Assembly (NCBI GenBank): GCA_045652425.1
Contig: JAZRUG010000015.1
Location: 1,240-65,239, forward strand
Direction: 5' to 3'
From: Eubacteriales bacterium
Lineage (GTDB): Bacteria > Bacillota > Clostridia > Oscillospirales > CAG-272
Length of the DNA stretch: 64,000 bases
Positions within the stretch are counted from its first letter, which is position 1. Each line of letters starts with the position of its first letter. Below, piece by piece: positions 56,419-64,000 of the stretch. The notes beneath the pieces are model-generated. The model worked only from the letters and a program-made list of their open reading frames with translations, was not told where the DNA came from and searched no databases. A program made the translations under genes and the position numbers.

Positions 56419-57357
56419 TTAATTAAGAGTTACTCCCAACCTATCGGCAAAACGTTTTACATCATCTTGTGTCGGAATAACGTCATAAGTACCCTCGCGC
56501 GAGACCATAATAGCCGCCGCAAGATTTGCATATTTACAAGCCGCCTTTATATCGCCGTGCTTCAAATAATCGGCAGTCATAGCCGCAGTAAACACGTCGC
56601 CCGCGCCCGAGCCATCGATAAACGTCGTATCATAAGATGGTACAACATCGTAGTAGCTTCCGTCGTATATAAAGCAACCCTTTTCGCCCAGCTTCAATAC
56701 TATATACTTCGCTTGAATCTTTGTTGCAAGAGACATACAGGCATTTAAGCTATTTTCAGGAGTTCTCGGGAGAATACCGGTATAATTAAACACCTCTTCC
56801 TCGTTAGGTGAAAATATCTCAACATTTTCAAGTTTTTCCAAAGGCAATTCAAATTTTCTCGGTCCTGCATCTATAAATACGGGAACTCTCCACCTCTGTG
56901 CCATTCTCGTCGCGGCAACTATTTCTCTGTCGGGCAGGTCAAACTGCAGATACAATGCATCGGGATAACACAAAAACGCGCCCTCTACTTCATTTCTGCC
57001 AAAATTATCATTCGCCCCGGGAAAAACAATTGACCTTGCAGTTCCGTTAGCCTCGTTTATGGTAACTGAAAAACCTGTGGGTTCATCATTGTCCCTTGTC
57101 ATATATCGGGTATCAACTCTGCATCTGTCATAATAGTTTATGAGCGTTTCGCCGTTTTCGTCATTACCGAGACGCGCGCAAAAAACCGAGCCTACAGAAT
57201 GAGAAGCAAACGTAACTGCCGCTATTCCCCCTCTTCCTCCGGGAGCATAAGCATAGTCCGTTCCCTTGGTGGTTCTTCCCACCATAGGAATCGAGCCTAT
57301 ATTCATAACCATTTTCATCTCGGCTTTGCCGAGTGTCAATACCGTTCTGTTAAACAA
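56419..57357 (-). CDS. PfkB-family carbohydrate kinase (ribokinase-like)
   Basis: GGRGG..AV near the N-terminus and a C-terminal DGSGAGDVFTAA anion-hole motif. TTG start follows AGAGGG; alternative ATG at 57318. Confidence 0.8.
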   Translation of the reverse strand: MFNRTVLTLGKAEMKMVMNIGSIPMVGRTTKGTDYAYAPGGRGGIAAVTFASHSVGSVFCARLGNDENGETLINYYDRCRVDTRYMTRDNDEPTGFSVTINEANGTARSIVFPGANDNFGRNEVEGAFLCYPDALYLQFDLPDREIVAATRMAQRWRVPVFIDAGPRKFELPLEKLENVEIFSPNEEEVFNYTGILPRTPENSLNACMSLATKIQAKYIVLKLGEKGCFIYDGSYYDVVPSYDTTFIDGSGAGDVFTAAMTADYLKHGDIKAACKYANLAAAIMVSREGTYDVIPTQDDVKRFADRLGVTLN

Positions 57358-57388
57358 CTCTTTATACCCTCTTTAAAGTGTATTTGAA

Positions 57389-58555
57389 TTAATAGTTGAA
57401 TTCTGCGCCGTTAGCTTTAATAGTAACCTTGTTTTCGCCGCTGTCACTCGCTTCAACTCTACCTACTATCTTTGCTTCAACACCGTACTTTTCCGCTGTC
57501 TTTATCATAAATTCAGCATCAGCGGGAGAACAGTACATTTCAAGTCTGTGTCCCATATTAAATACTCTGTACATTTCTGCGGGAGCAATGTCGGAGTTTT
57601 CTGCAATAGCCTTAAACAACGGAGGAACGTCAAAAAGATTATCCTTAATGTAGTGGAGTCCGATACCGAAGTTCTTACACTTAACCTGACCGCCGCCTGT
57701 GCAATGAACCATACCGTGTACAGCTTCACGCTTTGCATCGAGTATTTCCTTTACAATAGGTGCGTACGTTCTTGTGGGAGAAAGAATAGCATCACCTACA
57801 GTAACGTTTGTTCCGGGAAGAATATCGTTAAATTTGTACGTACCGCAATATACCTGCGCATCGGGAATAGTGTTTGAATATGTTTCAGGGTACTTTGCAG
57901 CATACTCGTGAGCAAGAAGCAAATGACGTGCCGCAGTAAGTCCGTTTGAACCCATACCTGCGTTGTACTTATCTTCATATACAGCCTGTCCCGAAGATGC
58001 AAAGCCGACGATAACGTCGCCCGCCTTTATGTTATCGCAGTTGATAACCTGGTCTCTTCTCATTCTTACGAAGAATGTAGAGTCAACGATAAGTGTCGAA
58101 ACAAGGTCGCCTACGTCTGCTGTCTCACCGCCGCACATAGTAATATCAACACCGTACTTACGCATCTTTTCAACAAAATCGGTGTAACCTTTTATAACTC
58201 CTGCAACTGCCTTACCGTCAACACGGTGAGCGTTTCTGCCTATGGTATTTGACATAATGAAGCCTTCGGTAGCACCTACGCAGAGAAGGTCGTCAAGGTT
58301 CATTACCATAGAGTCTTGAGCAATGTCAGTAAATGCTGTGTAATCGCCCGTTTCTTTAAACTTTATGTAAGCAAGAGAAGATTTCGTACCTGCGCCGTCG
58401 GCATGCATAGCCGCGCAATAGTTTTCGTCACCCGTAGGATCAGGCATAAGAGTACAGAATGCGCCCTTAAAAACGCCCTTATCCAATGTTTTAACCGCGT
58501 TATGAACGTCTGTTTTTTCGGCAGATACGCCTCTTGACAAATATGCTTCACTCAT
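57389..58555 (-). CDS. purM: Phosphoribosylformylglycinamidine cyclo-ligase, long (Bacteroides/Clostridia-type) PurM
   Basis: RGVSAEKTDVHNAV...AMHADGAGTKS. ATG at 58555. The ORF-track N-terminal extension was rejected. Confidence 0.8.
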   Translation of the reverse strand: MSEAYLSRGVSAEKTDVHNAVKTLDKGVFKGAFCTLMPDPTGDENYCAAMHADGAGTKSSLAYIKFKETGDYTAFTDIAQDSMVMNLDDLLCVGATEGFIMSNTIGRNAHRVDGKAVAGVIKGYTDFVEKMRKYGVDITMCGGETADVGDLVSTLIVDSTFFVRMRRDQVINCDNIKAGDVIVGFASSGQAVYEDKYNAGMGSNGLTAARHLLLAHEYAAKYPETYSNTIPDAQVYCGTYKFNDILPGTNVTVGDAILSPTRTYAPIVKEILDAKREAVHGMVHCTGGGQVKCKNFGIGLHYIKDNLFDVPPLFKAIAENSDIAPAEMYRVFNMGHRLEMYCSPADAEFMIKTAEKYGVEAKIVGRVEASDSGENKVTIKANGAEFNY

Positions 58556-58819
58556 TATATACATCCTCATTTCCGCCGTAAAACTAAACGCAATACGGCA
58601 TAATAAACTATAATTAGATATATTATAACACATAAACTCCAATCTTGCAAGTAATTTAATTATTTTTTGTTGTAACCTTTTTGCTCAAAAAAATGTCTAT
58701 ATTAGTTGAAAAGTATGAATAAGCTTTTTGGATATTATTTACAAAAAGTACTTTTTTATAAACATTATTTGTGGTATTATTAGATAAACCACACAACCAC
58801 ACCGAAAGGAGCAAGAATT

Positions 58820-59488
58820 ATGACAGGCAAAAGCAAATGTAAAATATTAAAAGATATCCGCCGACAGATTGCTGAAAAGAACGAGATTGAGCTCGTTATA
58901 GAAGAATGTAAATACAAAGGCGATTGCCTTGGAACCTGCCCTCGTTGTGAGGCTGAGGTGCGTTATCTTGAAAGAGAACTTGAAAGACGCAGAGCACTCG
59001 GTAAAAAAGTTGCAGTTGCAGGACTTGTGGCGACGCTGTCCGTTTCAACAACAAGCTGTAACCTCGTTGACAAAGTAATAGACACATCAACATCCGGTAT
59101 TTTTCCAACAGAACAATCAGCAGAACTTGACGGCGACATTGCTATTCCCGAAACAATGATAACTATGGGAGATATACTCCCACCGGAAACAACGGAAACC
59201 ACAGCGAAAACAACTGCACCCGAAACGAAATATACCGGTACATTGTCGTTATTAGCACTCCTTAACACCACTCCTTATCTTAAATATATTCAAAACTATA
59301 GCAAAGACGAAATAATGACAGCATGGAAAGGTAACTATCTAGGCTACAAGGATAATATGGATTCATTTGATTTTACACATGAGGGAACACATTATCTTGT
59401 AAGCATACAATTTGATGAAAACGGAAAGCCGATACAAATACATATCGACGAGTACATTCTTCCTTTGATGGGAGATCCCGCATGGTAA
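58820..59488 (+). CDS. Bitopic membrane protein with cytoplasmic Cys-rich N-domain
   Basis: CKILKDIRRQIAEKNEIELVIEECKYKGDCLGTCPRCEAE, then a coiled segment, one TM (VAVAGLVATLSV) and a roughly 150-aa extracytoplasmic domain. Confidence 0.6.
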   Translation: MTGKSKCKILKDIRRQIAEKNEIELVIEECKYKGDCLGTCPRCEAEVRYLERELERRRALGKKVAVAGLVATLSVSTTSCNLVDKVIDTSTSGIFPTEQSAELDGDIAIPETMITMGDILPPETTETTAKTTAPETKYTGTLSLLALLNTTPYLKYIQNYSKDEIMTAWKGNYLGYKDNMDSFDFTHEGTHYLVSIQFDENGKPIQIHIDEYILPLMGDPAW

Positions 59489-60138
59489 AAGAAAGTGACA
59501 TAATTACAGCACCTATTGTTACTTACGCAAGACACCGAATGCAGTCTGACGGACAGGGCGTAACGACACTTGTTTGTTTTCACGGTTGTCCTCTGCGTTG
59601 TAAAATGTGCCTAAACCCGTTTTCGTTTTCGCCCGATACCAAGCGTAAAATCATGACACCAAAAGAATTATACGACGAAGTTAAGATAGACGAACTATAC
59701 TTTCTTGCAACAAACGGCGGAGTTACCTTCGGCGGCGGAGAACCGTTGTTATATCCCGATTTTTTGACGGAATTTCGCAACATTTGCGGTAAGGAATGGC
59801 ATTTGTGCGCCGAGACGTCATTAAACGTTCCATGGGTGAACGTTGAAAAAAGTATAAGTGCAATTGATTATTACATAATTGACTGCAAAGACACGAACCC
59901 CGAAATATACAAAAAATATACCAATAAAGATAACGGCATTATGCTCGACAATCTGAAAAGACTTGTTTCGTTGATTTCTCCCGAAAATATTCTTGTGAGA
60001 GTTCCCCTTATAACAAATTATAATACTGAACAAGACAGAGAAAAATCAATAGAATTTTTGTCTTCTATCGGCATTAAAAACTTCGATAAATTCGAATATA
60101 TTAACCCAAAAAACAGAAAGAATTTGTTTAAAGAATAA
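59482..60138 (+). CDS. Radical SAM enzyme of the glycyl-radical-enzyme-activase type
   Basis: GCPLRCKMCLNP (CX3CX2C) and GGGEPLLYPDFL. The start overlaps the upstream stop (ATGGTAA). Confidence 0.75.
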   Translation: MVKESDIITAPIVTYARHRMQSDGQGVTTLVCFHGCPLRCKMCLNPFSFSPDTKRKIMTPKELYDEVKIDELYFLATNGGVTFGGGEPLLYPDFLTEFRNICGKEWHLCAETSLNVPWVNVEKSISAIDYYIIDCKDTNPEIYKKYTNKDNGIMLDNLKRLVSLISPENILVRVPLITNYNTEQDREKSIEFLSSIGIKNFDKFEYINPKNRKNLFKE

Positions 60139-60193
60139 AACCTCTATGCACTTATTACAACATCGCACAAACCAAGGAAAATTACAGAAACTT

Positions 60194-60350
60194 CACCTCT
60201 ATGTATGCACGTACAGTCAAGATAGGAAGATTCCAAAGAGGTCTCCTCTTTGGTCGTTTTAGGGGTAGGGGTATATAGGGGCGGGGGAATCGAAACCCCT
60301 GCCCCTATACGTCTTCTTTGGTTACTTTCTTTACGGAAAGAAAGTAACGA
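60194..60350 (+). repeat. Repeat family 4, left arm of a large imperfect palindrome
   Basis: ggaagattccaaag-N9-ctttgg.cgtttta.ggg...cttctttg..tactttct-N6-agaaagta. Homologous to the reverse complement of 60458..60624. Confidence 0.75.
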
Positions 60351-60457
60351 AGAGAAATCTAAAAGAGTGTATTTTTTTATAGATACATTTGTTTAGAAGA
60401 TACAAATATATATCACAGAGATATTGTTTTTAAAAGAGTTCTAATTTCTGTTTTTTT

Positions 60458-60624
60458 CATACTTTCTTGGTGCCAAGAAAGTATTGCAAAGAAGGCACAA
60501 AGGGAGGAGGAGTTCCGATTCTCCCCCTCCCTTTGAACCCTCCCTCTTAAAACGGCCAAAGGTTTTCCACCTTTGGAATCTTCCTTGGTCTGTGCAGACT
60601 TTTTGTAAATGCACAGAGGTAAGG
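60458..60624 (-). repeat. Repeat family 4, right arm
   Basis: Same module order as 60194..60350 on the opposite strand. An extra partial copy lies at 60658..60700, whose end pairs with 60164..60184. Confidence 0.75.
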
Positions 60625-60796
60625 TTTTATTTGTAGATAGTATTTTGAAAAATACTATCAAAGGCACTACCTTTTTGGAATCTTCCTCGGTTTGTGCGGA
60701 TTTGTTTGTTTCTTCCAAAAAAATTATGTACAACATAAGTATATATCAATGATTTTTGTGAAAAAAGTAAAAATATGCCTAAAATACAAATGGGTG

Positions 60797-60826
60797 TTGC
60801 AAAAAAATATGTTAATAGTGTATAAT
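60797..60826 (+). promoter_or_regulatory. Promoter of dockerin paralog 1
   Basis: TTGCAA, 18 nt, TATAAT. The roughly 130-nt upstream block is duplicated at 62700..62847. Confidence 0.6.
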
Positions 60827-60886
60827 ATTAATAGTTATTAGCCAATTGAGTTGATGTAACAAAAATTGAAAAGGAGATTTATACCG

Positions 60887-62521
60887 ATGAAAAATTTTGC
60901 AAAAATCTTGGTTTTGGCTTTTTCAGTTGTAATCATTGCCGGACTGTTAATAGCAAGCTCGTTTGCGGCAGAGGTTACTGACACCGTTACACTTCAGCCG
61001 GGAAGTGATAGAGTTATATTTATTAAAGATGCTCCCAGAGATGAAAACTATGTAGTAACAGGTGAACTTGAAGGTGACGGAACAGGATTAGATCCTGATA
61101 ATCCCTTGAGACCGGACGAATGGCATGAAGATTTTGATCCTGCTGCTCAATATCCCAAATGGCATCTTTTGACAGCGTTCTACCAAGCAACCGAGCTTTT
61201 GCGGGAAGAAGGCGGAACAATTGTTGTCTGCGGTCCCGTATATTTTGGTGTCGGCGAAAGCTATGGCTCAGGCGGTTCTGAAAGGGACGTGTTTACAGCC
61301 ACTTTTAGAGATAACGTTATTAAGATTACTTCTGTTTACAACGGTGTTGACTATCGTGAAACAGCAGGTGCAAAAATTATAATAGATAGTCCCGCAATGT
61401 TATCGGTACGAGGTTCTTCCATTTGGGAAAATATTGATATTGCAACGGCGGCTGCTGATCGTGCAATTACATTTGATGAACATCGCACATTGATAGGAGA
61501 CGGGGTAAATTGTTATCCTACCACTCAAGAATTTTATACTCCTGCATCAAGCTACGTGAGTCTTTCTGCCGGACACAGATATTCGGGAAGTGATGGCGAA
61601 AATCCTACCCTTACCGTATTGTCAGGTACATATAACTATATTACCGGTGGTGTGTGGGGAGCGGTTTCGTCAGCCATAATGGAAAATGCAAACGTAAATC
61701 TTACACTTGGTGGAACTACAAAGGTTCTTGGTGTAGTTTCGGGTACGGTTCGCCAAAAAGCAGGTTTCTCCGGCAATGTAAACATTACAATTAACGGCGG
61801 TACTTACGAGTGTGATATTTGTGGTGTTGGTAAGACAGGTATGCTTAATACCGATGGAATTGTTAATATTACAATTAACGGTGGCGATTTTAAGAACGCA
61901 GGGTCTATCAGCAACGTGGCGATTGATGCAACTAATAATATGCCCGCATCATGTACGGTTGATTTTTCCGATTGGACAGGCAAAATGATCGATCTTGCAT
62001 TTGCAAACAAGAGTGTTGTCGGTATCGATGATATTAAGTATCCTACAGGAGTAACAGCAGATAATTTGGTTGAGTTGATTGAGAACTATAATCCATCATA
62101 TTCCGAAGAAAATCTTGACTATATAGAAAGTGTTTTAGAGGGAACGGGGTTGAGTCTTGATTATACTGTCAAAAATAATCCTGTAATAACAGTGCCTCTT
62201 TCGGCTGACGGTAAGGCTATGACTGTGGAAGAACTTGGGGAATTGATTGATGACGATGAAGTTACGATTGGTGTGGCTAATGGCGTTGTCGGTACAGGTT
62301 GTAGACTTGTAATAGGCGAATATATTTTGGAAATTGCAGTTAAGGGTGATTTGGACGGCGACGGAATAGTAACGGTATATGATGCTGCTATGGTTAAAAA
62401 GGCTGTTGCGAATAATGGTTTCGTCGGAAATGGTGTTCGTGAGTTTGCGGGAGATTTTGATGGAACAAACGGAACGAATGTGGAGGACGTAGATGCAATT
62501 CTTGCCTATGTTCTAGGATAA
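60887..62521 (+). CDS. Secreted beta-helix-like protein with C-terminal dockerin (paralog 1)
   Basis: Signal peptide; GDGTG..DNPL; repeated INGG/TLGG turns; dockerin GDLDGDGIVTVYDAAMVKKAV / GDFDGTNGTNVEDVDAILAYVLG. Confidence 0.75.
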   Translation: MKNFAKILVLAFSVVIIAGLLIASSFAAEVTDTVTLQPGSDRVIFIKDAPRDENYVVTGELEGDGTGLDPDNPLRPDEWHEDFDPAAQYPKWHLLTAFYQATELLREEGGTIVVCGPVYFGVGESYGSGGSERDVFTATFRDNVIKITSVYNGVDYRETAGAKIIIDSPAMLSVRGSSIWENIDIATAAADRAITFDEHRTLIGDGVNCYPTTQEFYTPASSYVSLSAGHRYSGSDGENPTLTVLSGTYNYITGGVWGAVSSAIMENANVNLTLGGTTKVLGVVSGTVRQKAGFSGNVNITINGGTYECDICGVGKTGMLNTDGIVNITINGGDFKNAGSISNVAIDATNNMPASCTVDFSDWTGKMIDLAFANKSVVGIDDIKYPTGVTADNLVELIENYNPSYSEENLDYIESVLEGTGLSLDYTVKNNPVITVPLSADGKAMTVEELGELIDDDEVTIGVANGVVGTGCRLVIGEYILEIAVKGDLDGDGIVTVYDAAMVKKAVANNGFVGNGVREFAGDFDGTNGTNVEDVDAILAYVLG

Positions 62522-62547
62522 ACAATTGTTTCTTGAAAATAAAAGTA

Positions 62548-62590
62548 AAAGCTTTCTTTTTCGGTAAAACGGAGAGGAAAGCTTTTTGTT
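62548..62590 (+). terminator. Terminator between the tandem paralogs
   Basis: aaagctttc-N20-gaaagcttt followed by a T-rich tail. Confidence 0.55.
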
Positions 62591-62757
62591 GCTTGTTTGT
62601 GTTGAAGTGGTGGGGGGACGAGTTGTTTTTTTAATGGTGACAAGACATTGATGTGCATTTGTATATTTGCACCAAAACGATATGTATAATATTAACATAT
62701 AATGGTTGACGAGAGATAAAAAAAGTAAAAAAATATCTTCAAAATGCAAAATAGATA

Positions 62758-62786
62758 TTGCAAAAATCTAATCTATAGTGTATAAT
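62758..62786 (+). promoter_or_regulatory. Promoter of paralog 2
   Basis: TTGCAA (62758..62763), 17 nt, TATAAT (62781..62786). Confidence 0.65.
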
Positions 62787-62847
62787 ACCAATAGTTATAA
62801 AAACAATATATTTGTTGTAACAAAAATCGAAAAGGAGATTTATAACG

Positions 62848-64000
62848 ATGAAAAAATTTGCAAAACTTTTGGTTGTAGCTCTTTCAGTTGCAATCATCGC
62901 ATCCTTGTTTGCAGTAAGCTCTTCTGCTGCTGAAATTGTTGACCCCAACACTCTTCAGCCCGCAAGTGACAGAGTTATCTTTATCAAGGACGCTCCCAGA
63001 GACGAAAACAATCAGGTTGTAGGTAAACTTGAAGGCGACGGAACAGGTTCTGACGCTGATAACCCCTTGCAGCCTATCGACCACGAACAGTTCAGCCCTG
63101 ATGCTCAGTATCCCAAATGGCATCTTCAGACAGCTTTCTATCAGGCAACAGAACTTTTGAAGGAAGACGGTGGTACAATCGTTGTTTGCGGTCCCGTATT
63201 CTTCGGCGTTGGCGAAAGCTACGGTTCCGGTGGTTCTACAAGAGACGTATTTACAGCTAAATTCGGCGACAAGACAATCAAGATTACTTCTGTTTATAAC
63301 GGTGTTGACTACCGTGAAACAGCAGGCGCTAAGATTATTCTTGAATCTCCCGCAGAAATCGGTATGTACGGTCAGTCAATTTGGGAAAACATTGATATTG
63401 CTACAGCTAGCACATATCGTGTAATTTCTTTCTCTAACTATGCTACACTTATTGGTGAAGGCGTTAAGTGCTATCCTACCGACGAAGCATTTGAAGGCGT
63501 TGCAGCAAACTACGTAAGCCTTTCCGCTGGTCACAGATATTCCGGTGGTGTTGACCTCACAACAAACCTCGTTGTTAAGTCCGGTAGCTACAACGTAATT
63601 GCAGCAGGTGAATGGGGCGTTAACGCAAGCCGTACCTACAAAGAAGCTGATAACCCTGAATCAGGCATTAAGTCAACAAACAACCTTGACGGTAACACAG
63701 TTGCTAACTTGGTAATTGAAGGTACAACAACAGTTTATGGTGAAATCAACGGCACCAACAGACAGGGCGCTGAATTCTCCGGTCAGACTAACGTTACTAT
63801 TAACGGTGGTAAGTTCGAATGTGATATCAACATGGTTGGTAAGACAGGTATGGTGAATACAGACGGTAAGGTTAATTTGAAGATCAACGGCGGTGATTTT
63901 GCCGGCGCATGGTCTATCAATACTGCAACAGCAGGTCATACAAACAATCCTCCCGCAGTATCTGTACTTGACTTCTCCGGTTGGACAGGTGAACTTTCTG
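62848..64000 (+). CDS. Secreted beta-helix-like protein, paralog 2 (3' end beyond the window)
   Basis: Absent from the ORF track because no stop is reached. I translated it by hand: MKKFAKLLVVALSVAIIASLFAVSSSAAEIVDPNTLQPASDRVIFIKDAPRDEN..., open to 64000. AAGGAG RBS. Confidence 0.8.
   Translation, partial: MKKFAKLLVVALSVAIIASLFAVSSSAAEIVDPNTLQPASDRVIFIKDAPRDENNQVVGKLEGDGTGSDADNPLQPIDHEQFSPDAQYPKWHLQTAFYQATELLKEDGGTIVVCGPVFFGVGESYGSGGSTRDVFTAKFGDKTIKITSVYNGVDYRETAGAKIILESPAEIGMYGQSIWENIDIATASTYRVISFSNYATLIGEGVKCYPTDEAFEGVAANYVSLSAGHRYSGGVDLTTNLVVKSGSYNVIAAGEWGVNASRTYKEADNPESGIKSTNNLDGNTVANLVIEGTTTVYGEINGTNRQGAEFSGQTNVTINGGKFECDINMVGKTGMVNTDGKVNLKINGGDFAGAWSINTATAGHTNNPPAVSVLDFSGWTGELS

Noticed and set aside
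58556-58819. Possible purine or ZTP riboswitch upstream of purM
   Set aside because: A CCGTAAA string occurs, but on the wrong strand. There is no three-way-junction purine aptamer or pfl-motif consensus.
60413-60736. 107-aa ORF on the minus strand
   Set aside because: It is a read-through of the family-4 inverted repeat. Its internal peptide repeats (SAQT.EDSK) mirror the DNA repeats, and there is no RBS.

Overview
Low-GC Firmicutes chromosome, class Clostridia. Three dockerin and two cohesin modules suggest a Ruminococcus/Oscillospiraceae-like organism; that taxonomic guess is inference only. Most of the window is housekeeping: purL, mtaB, an RluA-family pseudouridine synthase, ddh, trmO, mgtE, deoC, adhE, ruvX, long-form purM, tRNA-Thr(GGU) and RNase P RNA. 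I saw no transposase, integrase, phage gene or CRISPR array.

The standout is 12067..21650. A consensus promoter and a clear cobalamin riboswitch (B12 box AGTCAGGAAACCTGCC) precede seven tightly packed same-strand ORFs:
- a small basic protein;
- two secreted dockerin proteins, one DUF4430-like and one with an alpha/alpha-toroid plus a cohesin-like module;
- a membrane-anchored single cohesin;
- a DUF4430 lipoprotein;
- EcfT;
- an EcfA-EcfA-S-component fusion.

I read this as a cohesin-dockerin-assembled, transcobalamin-like corrinoid capture complex that feeds an ECF importer. To my knowledge that architecture has not been characterised.

Other points worth a second look:
- a three-member family of beta-helix-like secreted proteins: one 1417-aa giant with an internally duplicated putative Cys/His module, and a tandem pair with duplicated promoters but contrasting codon usage;
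- an AraC-controlled DapA-like / Ldh_2 / ALDH operon;
- a Cys-rich membrane protein translationally coupled to an orphan glycyl-radical-activase-like radical SAM enzyme;
- a GC-rich intergenic island that may be a structured RNA;
- at least four families of short hairpin-forming interspersed repeats that fill the large intergenic regions and create spurious ORFs.

All homology calls come from reading motifs in the supplied translations. No database search was run.
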